In this document: positions 1 to 8,794 of the stretch, piece after piece | Numbering within the stretch: position 1 is the first letter of the stretch | Layout: each line of letters opens with the position of its first letter | Origin: an uncultured Methylomirabilota bacterium | GTDB taxonomy: Bacteria > Methylomirabilota > Methylomirabilia > Methylomirabilales > 2-02-FULL-66-22 | Assembly: GCA_963705305.1 (NCBI GenBank) | Contig: OY970067.1 | Location: 4,448,001 to 4,512,000 of the forward strand | Direction: 5' to 3' | DNA: 64,000 nucleotides | Position numbers and translations under genes: made by a program | Notes under the pieces: generated by a model | What the model saw: the letters and a program-made list of their open reading frames with translations, nothing else | Databases searched by the model: none | Told to the model about the DNA's origin: nothing

Positions 1-412
1 GCGTCTCGCCATAGACCGAAGAAGAGGAAGCATACACGACCCGCAACAGACGTGTGGAAGAACGCGCCGCCTCCAGCAGCCGCTGGGTCGCGCGGATGTT
101 GCAGTCCAGGTAGACGTCGAAATTCTTTCCCCAGCTGGGTCGGACCCCGGGCTGCCCGGCCTGGTGGAAGACGTAGTCCACCCCGGCCACCAGGGGAATC
201 AGGTCGGCCCGCGTGAGGTCCGCCTCCACGAAACGGAAGTCGGTCCGGGAGACCAGCGCGGCAAGGTTGGCCTCCTTGACGGGGCGCGGGTAATAGTCGG
301 CAAAGGCGTCCAGCCCGATGACCGAGTGCCCCTCGCGGAGCAGCCGCTCGCACAGGTGCGAGCCGATGAAACCCGCGGCCCCCGTTACCAGCGATGTCGG
401 ACCCGCGGTCAT
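1..412 (-). CDS. NAD-dependent epimerase/dehydratase (UDP-sugar 4-epimerase family), runs off the window edge
   Basis: Manual translation from ATG at 412: MTAGPTSLVTGAAGFIGSHLCERLL...HQAGQPGVRPSW...VYASSSSVYG (GxxGxxG and ASSSSVYG motifs); ATGA overlap with the upstream gene. Confidence 0.9.
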   Translation of the reverse strand, partial: MTAGPTSLVTGAAGFIGSHLCERLLREGHSVIGLDAFADYYPRPVKEANLAALVSRTDFRFVEADLTRADLIPLVAGVDYVFHQAGQPGVRPSWGKNFDVYLDCNIRATQRLLEAARSSTRLLRVVYASSSSVYGET

Positions 413-1287
413 GGGGTGGTCCCTTCCGGCTGCGCCAGGCGGGCCCGCGTGCCGCCCGTCTCGCGCCGCACCAAGGTCGACACGAAGCTGCCGATGACGA
501 TCTCGCTCTTCATCAGCACCGGGACCCGCTCCGCGTCGTCCGTCAGCCACACGGTCATGCGGCCCTTGCGCTGAAAGATGCCCTCGAACTTCAGCAGGGG
601 CTCGACCACCAGCGTCTCTCGCCGTCCCAGGATCGTGTCCAGCGTCTCGCGGGAGAGAACCCGCACCTCCAGATCCCAGTTCTTCTTGCTGGCAAAGACC
701 TTGGCCCTTACCGTCTCGCCCACCTTCAGGGGCAGGGTGCGAACGAAATAGAGCACCGACAATTCGTCCAGTGCCGGCACGTTCAAGGGATAATCCTGGC
801 TGACATACTTTCCGAACCGCTCCGCCTCGTCCAGCCGGGAGATGTTCCTGGGGACGTTGCTGAAATCCAGGTAGCGGAACCGCGCCACTCCCACCGTCTG
901 ATCGAAATCGGTCTGGCTGCTGTGCCGATACCGGCCCTCCCGCAGGTTCTTCACAAAGCGCAGGCTCCGCATGGGGTGGAGGCCGATGAAAGACTCGTTC
1001 CGGTCGTCCACCCGGTAGAAGGTGGAGACGAAGGGGGTCGAGCGGGCCGTGGTTACCAGATGGAGGGCCGGTTGGCCGTCCACCTGCAACAAGCCTTCCA
1101 CCTCGAGGGTGGCCTCTCCCGCCTTGATGCCCATCCAGGTGACGTCGTAGACCAGGTGCTCGCCGCGGGCAAACGGGAGCCCGTCCACCCCCTGGGCAGC
1201 GGCCGGTCGCGGCATCGCCAAAAGGGCGCAGACCCCAAGGAGGCAGCACATCCATACGCCAAGCACCCGCATTCCGATCTCCCTCAT
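409..1287 (-). CDS. DUF3108 domain exported protein
   Basis: Signal peptide (MREIGMRVLG...AAA), GEHLVYDVTWMGIKAG, VWLTDDAERVPV motifs; start moved to ATG 1287 because the ORF-track extension lies in a repeat. Confidence 0.8.
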   Translation of the reverse strand: MREIGMRVLGVWMCCLLGVCALLAMPRPAAAQGVDGLPFARGEHLVYDVTWMGIKAGEATLEVEGLLQVDGQPALHLVTTARSTPFVSTFYRVDDRNESFIGLHPMRSLRFVKNLREGRYRHSSQTDFDQTVGVARFRYLDFSNVPRNISRLDEAERFGKYVSQDYPLNVPALDELSVLYFVRTLPLKVGETVRAKVFASKKNWDLEVRVLSRETLDTILGRRETLVVEPLLKFEGIFQRKGRMTVWLTDDAERVPVLMKSEIVIGSFVSTLVRRETGGTRARLAQPEGTTP

Positions 1288-1303
1288 CCGCCGCTCGTCC
1301 CCT

Positions 1304-1480
1304 TTAGCAGGCTGCTGAAAAACCCGTTTTCGCCCAGGCTGCTCAAAAAGGTCCAGGTGCAAGGCGGCGCGCAAAGCGCAGGGCACCCGCACAGGCGGGT
1401 CAAGGCGTACTTCCGGTACGCCGCAGCGAGTGCGCGAGTGCGCCAACGCCGCAGATGGGCCTTTTTCAGCAGCCTGCTAG
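1304..1480. mobile_element. MITE-like element, copy 1 (terminal inverted repeats TAGCAGGCTGCTGAAAAA...TTTTTCAGCAGCCTGCTAG)
   Basis: Terminal inverted repeats and internal sequence shared with 4237, 47718 and 49170. Confidence 0.8.
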
Positions 1481-2547
1481 AGCCTCTGCGCCAGCAGCCG
1501 CCGGACCGCCGCCAGGACCTGCTCAATGCCCAGCTCCCGCATGCATAGATACGTCTCCGGGATCGCACAGCGCCGCCGCAGACAGGGACTGCACGGCAGC
1601 TCCCGCCGCAGCACCAGGCCAGGCCCCAGGGGGCCGGTGCGGCGCGGATCCGTGGGACCAAACAGCGCCACCACCGGCGTGCCCATGGCGGCGGCGATGT
1701 GCATCGGGCCAGAATCCACGGTCACCACCACGTCCGCCTCCCCCAGGACGGCGGCCAGCTCTTTCAGCGACAGGCGGCCGACCAAGTTACGGGGAGGCGG
1801 CACCAGCCCGTCCGCCAGGCGGGCCGCCAGGGCCGCATCCTGCGGGCTGCCCGTCAGGACGACGGACGCCCCTTCCGCCGCCAGCGCCGCCGCCAGCGAC
1901 CGCCAGCGTTCTTCTTCCCAAAGCTTGGTCCGCCAGCGCGCCGCCGCGTGCAGGACCACCCGGGGCCGCGGACAGCCCACCAGCCACTCGGCCGCCGCGC
2001 TCCGATCCCCCGCCGCCAGGGGAATGGTGAAGTCCCGGACGGCCTCGGCGGCGTCCAGCGCGGCCGCCAGGCAGAGGTAGCGGTCGACGGCGTGAACCGG
2101 CTGCGGCGGGGCCGTCACGCGGTGGGTCAGCACCCAAGGGGCCCCTTCCCGTCCTTCCGCGAAGCCGATGCGGACCGGGGCGCCGGCCGCCAGGACGTAC
2201 AGGGCGCTCTTAAGCAGGCCCTGGAGGTCCACCACGACATCATACCGGCGGGAGCGCAGCTCCGCAACGAATCGCCGGATCTCGACCAGCGTCTGGACGG
2301 CGCGCCGCGGGTGCCGGAGCTGCCGGAGCCACCGGCGGCGCCCGGACACCACCAGGTCCGTCACCGCCGGGTGGTTCCGCACCAGGTCGGCCGCTTCCTC
2401 CTCCACCAGCCAGTCCAGCCGGGCATCGGGGTAGCGCCGGCGCAGCGTGGCCACGACCGGCAGCGTGTGCACCACGTCCCCCAGCGCGCTCGGCTTGATC
2501 AGGAGGATCCGCTCCCGGCCGTCAAGCCGGAGGAGAACCGATGCCAT
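1477..2547 (-). CDS. waaC: ADP-heptose:LPS heptosyltransferase (GT9), WaaC-like
   Basis: ILLIKPSALGDVVHTLP, DLQGLLKSA, DSGPMHIAAA motifs; stop codon supplied by the MITE end. Confidence 0.8.
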   Translation of the reverse strand: MASVLLRLDGRERILLIKPSALGDVVHTLPVVATLRRRYPDARLDWLVEEEAADLVRNHPAVTDLVVSGRRRWLRQLRHPRRAVQTLVEIRRFVAELRSRRYDVVVDLQGLLKSALYVLAAGAPVRIGFAEGREGAPWVLTHRVTAPPQPVHAVDRYLCLAAALDAAEAVRDFTIPLAAGDRSAAAEWLVGCPRPRVVLHAAARWRTKLWEEERWRSLAAALAAEGASVVLTGSPQDAALAARLADGLVPPPRNLVGRLSLKELAAVLGEADVVVTVDSGPMHIAAAMGTPVVALFGPTDPRRTGPLGPGLVLRRELPCSPCLRRRCAIPETYLCMRELGIEQVLAAVRRLLAQRL

Positions 2548-4210
2548 GCGCGCGCTCCCGCCGACGATCCAGGACCCAATCCACCGCAGCCTTGAGGTCC
2601 TCCGCGATGAAGTCGGGATGCGGGGCGGCCCCGCCGTCGATTTTTTCACGCTGCCCCCGGCCGTGCCCGGTCAATAGCAGGATCCCCTGCATCCCCGGAA
2701 ATTCCCGCGCCAGCCGCGTGTCGCTCAGGTGGTCGCCGATCACCACGGATCGCTCCAGGTCCAGATCGAACTCCCGGGCCGCACGGTGAATCATGCCGGG
2801 GTTCGGCTTCCGGCACTCGCAGACGCGACGGTATTCCGGCGGCCCGTAGTCCGTGTGGTGCGGACAGTAGTAGACGGCGTCCACGGGAGCCCCCGCCTCG
2901 GCCAGAAGCGCTTGGAGGCGGGCGTTCACGCGCCGGACGTCCTCCTCGCTGATCAACCCGCGCGCCACGCCGGCCTGGTTGGTGAGCAGGATCAGACGGA
3001 ACCCGGCCTGCCGGAGGTCGCGCAGGGTGTCAATGGCCCCGGGAATGAACTGGATGCCCGCGGGGTCGCCGAGATATCCGGGATCCTCGATGACCGTCCC
3101 GTCCCGGTCCAGGAACGCCGCCGGCGCCTTGGCTCCGGCACGCTTCGCCCCCGGCGGGAAGCCATCCGCGCCCTCCAGCAGGTTATCCGCCATCCGGAGC
3201 ACCCGCTCGACCTCGATCCCGGTCATGCAGCGATGGTCGATGGGACATTCCCGCAAGAGACAGGGGCTGCATGGAACCGGCTGGCGGATGATCCGCGTCC
3301 GGCATCCCAGCGGCCCCGTAGCCAGGCAGTCGGTGGGACCGAAGACGGCCAGAACCGGCGTCTCGACCGCAGCGGCGATGTGCATGGCCCCGGTGTCGTT
3401 GGTGAGGAGAAGGTGCGATCGCCGAAGCAGCCCGACCAGCGTGGGCAGATCGGTCTCTCCCCCCAGGAGTACCGCCGGCCGGCGCATTCGATTTTGGACT
3501 TCCTCCAGGACCGGCCTTTCCCGCCCCGAGCCGACCAGGAGGATCGTGGCCCCCCGCTGCTCCACCAGAGCGTCCGCCACTTCGGCAAAGCGGTCGGCCG
3601 GCCAGCGCTTGGCGCCTCCATATACGGATCCCGGATTTATGGCCACAACGATGCCTGATAATTGTATAGACTTCCTATTTAAAAATTCAGATGTTACATA
3701 GTCTATATGATGTGTTACACGAAGTCGAGGAAGCGGAGGCGCATCCCCCCCAAGCGCCCGGACGATGTCAAGGTAATACTCCACCTGGTGCCGTCCGGAT
3801 GGCTGCGCGGGCCAGGCGATCGACTGCGTCAGCAGGAGGCCGCGGCCGTCCGTCCGGTAGCCGACCCGCCGAGGGACACCCGCCAGCCACGGAACGAGGG
3901 CGGACTCTAGTGAATTGGGAAGGAGCACGGCCAGGTCGTAGCCTCCCCGGCGGATCTCCTGCGCCAGGGCCCATCGCCCCCCCGTCCAGCCGGCGGGCAG
4001 CCCGCCCGGGCGGTACGCCACGACACGATCCACCATCGGTTGTCCGGAGAACAGATCCGCCACCCACGGCTTGGCCAGGACAACGATCTCGGCGTCGGGG
4101 AAGCGGCGGTCCAGCCCCTCCAGGGTGGGCAGCGTGAGAACCGCATCCCCCACCCAGTTCACCTCCCGCACCAGGATTCTGCGAACCGTGCCCGGCCCTG
4201 CCTCCAGCAC
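2522..4210 (-). CDS. waaF: Heptosyltransferase II fused to D,D-heptose-1,7-bisphosphate phosphatase (WaaF-GmhB)
   Basis: NWVGDAVL, NDTGAMH (GT9), followed by HAD motif FLDRDGT, CPHH..CECRKP and IGD. Confidence 0.88.
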   Translation of the reverse strand: MLEAGPGTVRRILVREVNWVGDAVLTLPTLEGLDRRFPDAEIVVLAKPWVADLFSGQPMVDRVVAYRPGGLPAGWTGGRWALAQEIRRGGYDLAVLLPNSLESALVPWLAGVPRRVGYRTDGRGLLLTQSIAWPAQPSGRHQVEYYLDIVRALGGDAPPLPRLRVTHHIDYVTSEFLNRKSIQLSGIVVAINPGSVYGGAKRWPADRFAEVADALVEQRGATILLVGSGRERPVLEEVQNRMRRPAVLLGGETDLPTLVGLLRRSHLLLTNDTGAMHIAAAVETPVLAVFGPTDCLATGPLGCRTRIIRQPVPCSPCLLRECPIDHRCMTGIEVERVLRMADNLLEGADGFPPGAKRAGAKAPAAFLDRDGTVIEDPGYLGDPAGIQFIPGAIDTLRDLRQAGFRLILLTNQAGVARGLISEEDVRRVNARLQALLAEAGAPVDAVYYCPHHTDYGPPEYRRVCECRKPNPGMIHRAAREFDLDLERSVVIGDHLSDTRLAREFPGMQGILLLTGHGRGQREKIDGGAAPHPDFIAEDLKAAVDWVLDRRRERAHGIGSPPA

Positions 4211-4236
4211 GCCGTCTCCGCCTTTCCCGTCCGGCC

Positions 4237-4348
4237 TTAGCAGGCTGCTGAAAAAGGCCCGTCTGTCGGGTACCCATCTGATGGGTGCCCAGCCTACGGC
4301 CGGGTACCCGCGCGCACCCGCGGCGCTGCGACGTACGCGCGAAGTTAG
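4237..4348. mobile_element. MITE-like element, copy 2 (truncated, one terminal repeat)
   Basis: TTAGCAGGCTGCTGAAAAAGGCCC start; colinear with the left half of copy 4, with a GGGTACCC hairpin insert. Confidence 0.7.
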
Positions 4349-5343
4349 AGGACGACCGGCCGGTCTCCCCTAGCCCGTGGTGTGCGCGGCCTGTTTTCCT
4401 CCGTCGCCGACCGCCTGGCCGGGGCCAGCCGCGGGTCGAGGGGCAGGGATGTCTTCCAGCGTCGATGCACCCAGAACCACTGTTCGGGATGCTGGCGGAT
4501 GAGCGCCTCGATGGCTTCCGTGAAGCGGGCCGTGTTCTCCACCAGGTCGGCCTTGAAATCCCCGCCGCGCGCCAGCGGGATCTCCTCCCCGATCCGGATG
4601 CGGTAGCGGCCTCGGCCCTCCCGGTTGATGGCCACCGGCAGGACCGCGGCGCGGGACCGCATAGCGATCAGGGCGGGCCCCGACATCGTCGAGGCGGGCC
4701 GCCCGAAGAAGGGCACCACCACCCCTTCGTTCTCGCTGGCGTGCTGATCGATCAGAATCCCCACCGTCTCACCCCGCCGGAGGACCTGCAGGATGGCCGA
4801 GACGGCATCCCGCTTGCGGATCACCCGGTTCCCTCCGCGCTCGCGGAGGGCCGTGAGCAGATCGTCCAGCCGCGGATTGTCGAGCGGACGGGCCACGACG
4901 TGAATGGGCTCGAATTGCAACGTGGCGGCCAGGGGCAAAATCTCCCAAGGGCCCAGGTGCGCCGTGATCGCCAGGACCCCTCGCCCGCGCCGGCGCGCCT
5001 CGAGCAGCCGGTCCAACCCATCGAACGGAACGGCCTCCTCCCCGCCGGCCCGCAGCAGCCGATGGGATCGCGCCACGTCCACCGCCGTTTGCCCCAGGTT
5101 CTCGAACACGGCCCGCGCCAGCACCCGGATCTCCGCGGGGTCCGTCCGCTCGGGGAAGGCCCGGAGCAGGTTTCCAACCGCCACGTCCCGATGGCGGCGA
5201 TCCAGCCGAAAGGCCAGCCGGCCGGCTCCCCCGCCCAGCGCATAGGCCGCCGCCTCCGGCAGGACCGCGAAGAATTTCCCCAGGCAGATCATCGCCGCCC
5301 ACTCCGCCAGGACAGCCGGACTCCAGCGCGACGGCTCAGCCAC
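4345..5343 (-). CDS. lpxL: Lipid A late acyltransferase (LpxL/HtrB family)
   Basis: TAHLGPWE, RPLDNP, LIDQ, PFFG and PEQWFWVHRRWK motifs. Confidence 0.9.
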   Translation of the reverse strand: MAEPSRWSPAVLAEWAAMICLGKFFAVLPEAAAYALGGGAGRLAFRLDRRHRDVAVGNLLRAFPERTDPAEIRVLARAVFENLGQTAVDVARSHRLLRAGGEEAVPFDGLDRLLEARRRGRGVLAITAHLGPWEILPLAATLQFEPIHVVARPLDNPRLDDLLTALRERGGNRVIRKRDAVSAILQVLRRGETVGILIDQHASENEGVVVPFFGRPASTMSGPALIAMRSRAAVLPVAINREGRGRYRIRIGEEIPLARGGDFKADLVENTARFTEAIEALIRQHPEQWFWVHRRWKTSLPLDPRLAPARRSATEENRPRTPRARGDRPVVL

Positions 5344-5350
5344 GGCACCC

Positions 5351-6460
5351 TCAGCTGACGGAGACGCCGAGGAGGCGGGACAGCTCCGCCCCGCCCTCCA
5401 CGATCTCCAGATCGATTCCCACCGCCCCGATCGGAACGAGCCCCGGCAGCTGCCCGCCCAGCCGGACCGCGTCCTTCTCGGTCGTCAGGACCCATTCCGC
5501 GCCAGCCGCCCGTGCCTCTTCCTGCACGCTGGAAAGCTCGCCCACGGTGTACGGGTGGTGGTCGGGAAAGGCCCGGGACCCGGCGATGCGGCCGCCCAGC
5601 TCTCGCAGCGTCCCGAGGAAGCTTTCGGCGTTGGCGATGCCGCTCATCGCGAACACCCGCGCGCCCTTCAGCACGGACGGCTCCAGGCCGCGCCCCGATC
5701 TGAGGTCGGTCAGGCGCCCCGGCCGGTGCACTGCGCAGCCCACGGGGAGGTCCGGCGCCAGTGACGCGATCCGCAGCCGCAGGTCATGCAGACCCCCGGC
5801 CTGGTCCACCCGGGTCACCAGCACCGCCTGGGCCCTGCGCAGCCCGCGCGCCGGTTCGCGCAGCCGCCCCCGCGGCAACAGGAAGCTCAGACCGAACGGG
5901 TCGGTCGCATCCAGCAGGACCACGTCCACGTCCCGCTGCAGCCGCCGGTGCTGGAATCCGTCGTCCAGGAGGAGCACCTCCGCGCCAAACCGCTCGATCG
6001 CCAGGCGGCCGGCCTGGACCCGGTCTCCGCCCACGATGACCGGAACCTCCGGCAGCCGCCGCGCCAGGAGCACGGCCTCGTCGCCGGCCTCCCGCCAGCC
6101 CAGCCGCACTGTCCGGCCGTCGGACACCACGTCGATGCCCGTCCCACCCCCCCGCCCGTACCCGCGGAGCAGGATGGCCGGCCGCACGCCCGCCTCCACG
6201 AGGCGCCGCGCGAGGAGCATGGTCGCGGGTGTCTTGCCGGTGCCCCCCGTAGTCAGATTCCCGATGCAGATCACCCGGCACGGAAGGCGATGGCCGCGAA
6301 GGAGACCGCTGTTGTACGCGGCATTGCGCAGTCCGACCGCCGCGCCGTAGCCGGCGGCCGCCACGACCAGGAAGCCGCGCGCGGCCCGCTGGCCCATCGT
6401 GGGGGCCGGGGATGCCACCGCCTGCTGAACCCGATCGAGAAGCCACGCCGGCACGCTCAT
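5351..6460 (-). CDS. lpxK: Tetraacyldisaccharide 4'-kinase
   Basis: IGNLTTGGTGKTP, GDEA, LDDGFQH, LLPRGRLRE, TTEKDAVR; start at ATG 6460. Confidence 0.95.
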   Translation of the reverse strand: MSVPAWLLDRVQQAVASPAPTMGQRAARGFLVVAAAGYGAAVGLRNAAYNSGLLRGHRLPCRVICIGNLTTGGTGKTPATMLLARRLVEAGVRPAILLRGYGRGGGTGIDVVSDGRTVRLGWREAGDEAVLLARRLPEVPVIVGGDRVQAGRLAIERFGAEVLLLDDGFQHRRLQRDVDVVLLDATDPFGLSFLLPRGRLREPARGLRRAQAVLVTRVDQAGGLHDLRLRIASLAPDLPVGCAVHRPGRLTDLRSGRGLEPSVLKGARVFAMSGIANAESFLGTLRELGGRIAGSRAFPDHHPYTVGELSSVQEEARAAGAEWVLTTEKDAVRLGGQLPGLVPIGAVGIDLEIVEGGAELSRLLGVSVS

Positions 6461-7722
6461 AGAAGATCGCCCACCACGTCCGCGGTCCGCCGGGTGGCGC
6501 CTCGATGGCTCTCCACGATGGCCCGGCCGGCCCGCCCCATGCGGTCCGCCCGGGCCGGGTCGTCCAGCAGCGCCTCCAGCTGGCTCTGCAACGCCGCCGC
6601 GCCTCCTACCTCGACCGCCGCGCCGTGCGCCTGGAAGGCGTCCCGGATCTGGGCGAAATTCCCCATGTAGGGGCCGTGGATCACGGGGCGGGCGACGGCC
6701 GCCGGCTCCAGGATGTTCTGCCCCCCGTGCGGGATCAGGCTCCCCCCGATGAAGACGACGCTGGCCGCCCCGTACAGGCCCGCCAGCTCGCCCATGGTGT
6801 CCAGCAGGATCACGGCGCCCGCCTGGCATCCGGCGCCCGGTAATCCGCTCCGCCTCACCACGGAAAGTCCCATGCGGCGCGCCAGCCGCTCCACCTCTTC
6901 CAGCCGCTCGGGATGCCGCGGGGCCAGCAGGAGGCAGAGATCCGGCCGCCCGGCCCGCGTCGCGCCGAAGGCGGTCAGCACCGCCTCTTCCTCTCCCCGG
7001 TGCGTGCTGCCCGCAACCACCAGGCGGCACTCGGGAGGCAGGCCCAGGCCGGCGCGGACTGAGGCCGCATCCGGCTTTCCCTCCAGCGTGGGAAGGTCGT
7101 ACTTCAGATTGCCCACCACCCGCACCCGCTCGGCGGGCGCCCCCAGAGCCAGGATGCGCTCCGCATCCTCCTGGCTTTGCATGCAGAAGACCCGGACATC
7201 CCGCAGGACCCGGCCGAACCAGCGCCGGACCGCGCGGTATCGCGGAAAGGAGCGGGGCGAGATGCGCCCGTTGATAACCACCACCGGAATTCCCCGCGCC
7301 GCGCAGGCTGCCAGGAAATTCGGCCACAACTCGGTCTCCGTCAGCAGGACCAGGCGCGGCCGCACCCGATCCAGGGCCGACCCCACCGCCCAGCCGAAGT
7401 CCAGCGGGAAAAAGAGAAAGCGGGCGGCCGGCAGCCGCTGCTCGGCCACCGCGCGGCCGGTCTCGGTCACGGTCGAGGCCAAGAGCGGCACGTCCGGGCG
7501 TCGGGCCGCAAGCTCGCGGGCCAGCGGGGCGGCCGCCATCACCTCGCCAACCGAGACCGTATGGAGCCAGAGGGGCGGCACCGCACCCTCCCAGGGGGCC
7601 ATCCGCCCCAACCGCTCGCCCAGCCCCCGGCGATACTTGCCACGCACGAGGGCCTGGGCGGCAAAGGCCGGCAGCCCCGCCAGGTAAAACAGGCTCAGCC
7701 CCACGCTGTACAGCCAGTACAT
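6457..7722 (-). CDS. waaA: Kdo transferase
   Basis: WLHTVSVGE, ETELWPN, GNLKYD, AGSTHRGEE, APRHPER, GGQNILEPA. Confidence 0.95.
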   Translation of the reverse strand: MYWLYSVGLSLFYLAGLPAFAAQALVRGKYRRGLGERLGRMAPWEGAVPPLWLHTVSVGEVMAAAPLARELAARRPDVPLLASTVTETGRAVAEQRLPAARFLFFPLDFGWAVGSALDRVRPRLVLLTETELWPNFLAACAARGIPVVVINGRISPRSFPRYRAVRRWFGRVLRDVRVFCMQSQEDAERILALGAPAERVRVVGNLKYDLPTLEGKPDAASVRAGLGLPPECRLVVAGSTHRGEEEAVLTAFGATRAGRPDLCLLLAPRHPERLEEVERLARRMGLSVVRRSGLPGAGCQAGAVILLDTMGELAGLYGAASVVFIGGSLIPHGGQNILEPAAVARPVIHGPYMGNFAQIRDAFQAHGAAVEVGGAAALQSQLEALLDDPARADRMGRAGRAIVESHRGATRRTADVVGDLL

Positions 7723-7744
7723 CCGGATCTCCCCTGCGAACGCG

Positions 7745-8100
7745 CATGCAGCATGGCGCATGGCGCGAAGACCAGGGACCCAGCCCTCAAGGCACCTGGC
7801 TGTCTGCCCTCCGCCCTATGCCCTATGCTCCGTGCTCCCCCTCGCCCCCCTGTTATCCTTTGCGACCTCTGCGTGCTTTGCGTGAAAACATTCCGAGTCT
7901 CACGCAAAGATCACCATTACCAGTATGCAGTAGGCAGAGGTCAGAAGTCAGGGGGCAGAAGTCAGCCTCCAGCCAAAACTGTTCTACTTTGCGACCTTTG
8001 CGGCTTGGCGTGAGGTGCCTGCTCTTGCCTTCTCGTGCGCTCGTACGCTCTTGTTCTTTCGCCCCTGCTCCCCCTCTCCCCCTCTCCCCGGCTCCCTTCC
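7745..8100. repeat. Mosaic of short tandem repeats (7-, 8- and 9-mers)
   Basis: GCCCTAT, AGAAGTC and CTCCCCCT arrays, plus two TTTGCGACCT(C/T)TGCG...GCGTGA units. Confidence 0.7.
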
Positions 8101-8102
8101 GC

Positions 8103-8780
8103 CTACCCGCCCCTGGCCAGCCAGTCCGCTTGCGCCGTCAGCGCGTCCAGCCGCTCCGCGACCAGCCCTTGAAACCGCTCGTGCTCCGGGTCGGTGATCT
8201 CGGAGGGCACATAGATCGGCTCCCCCCACGCGTACACCCCCCGGGCAAAGGGATGCGGGACCAGGAACTCATCCCAGCTGTTCAATAGGGTCCGCGGCCA
8301 GGCGCCGAAGGACACCGGCAGAATCGCCATCCCGGAAAGGCGCGACAGCTCAACAACGCCGGACTTCACGCGCCGCCGCGGCCCCTTGGGCCCGTCGGGC
8401 GTGATGGCCACATTCGACTCACTGCGCAGAACCTGGACGAGCCGGCGAAAGGCGCGGGCACCGCCCCGCGTGGCCGATCCCCGGACCACCGAGAATCCCA
8501 GCCGACCCGCAATCCTGGCGATGTACTCGCCGTCCCGGTGCTGGCTGATCAGAATGGCGGCAGACTGGCTGCGATACGCGAACGGCATCATGAGCAGCCG
8601 CCCGTGCCAGAAAGTGACGATGACCCGCTCGCCCCTGGCCCAGCACGCCTCGGGGTGCTCGCGGCCGATATCACGCCGCCTGATCGCGGCGTATCCCAGC
8701 CGCATCAGGGCGCAGGCAACGGGGGGCGCGACGGAAAGACTGAGGTTCCAGTCCCGGGGGGACAAAATGCGGGCGCGCAT
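8103..8780 (-). CDS. DUF374 lysophospholipid acyltransferase family protein
   Basis: FWHGRL, ISQHRDGE, VRGSATRGG, TPDGPKGP, SWDEFLVPHPF. Confidence 0.88.
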   Translation of the reverse strand: MRARILSPRDWNLSLSVAPPVACALMRLGYAAIRRRDIGREHPEACWARGERVIVTFWHGRLLMMPFAYRSQSAAILISQHRDGEYIARIAGRLGFSVVRGSATRGGARAFRRLVQVLRSESNVAITPDGPKGPRRRVKSGVVELSRLSGMAILPVSFGAWPRTLLNSWDEFLVPHPFARGVYAWGEPIYVPSEITDPEHERFQGLVAERLDALTAQADWLARGG

Positions 8781-8794
8781 GGCGGAGGGCCCGC

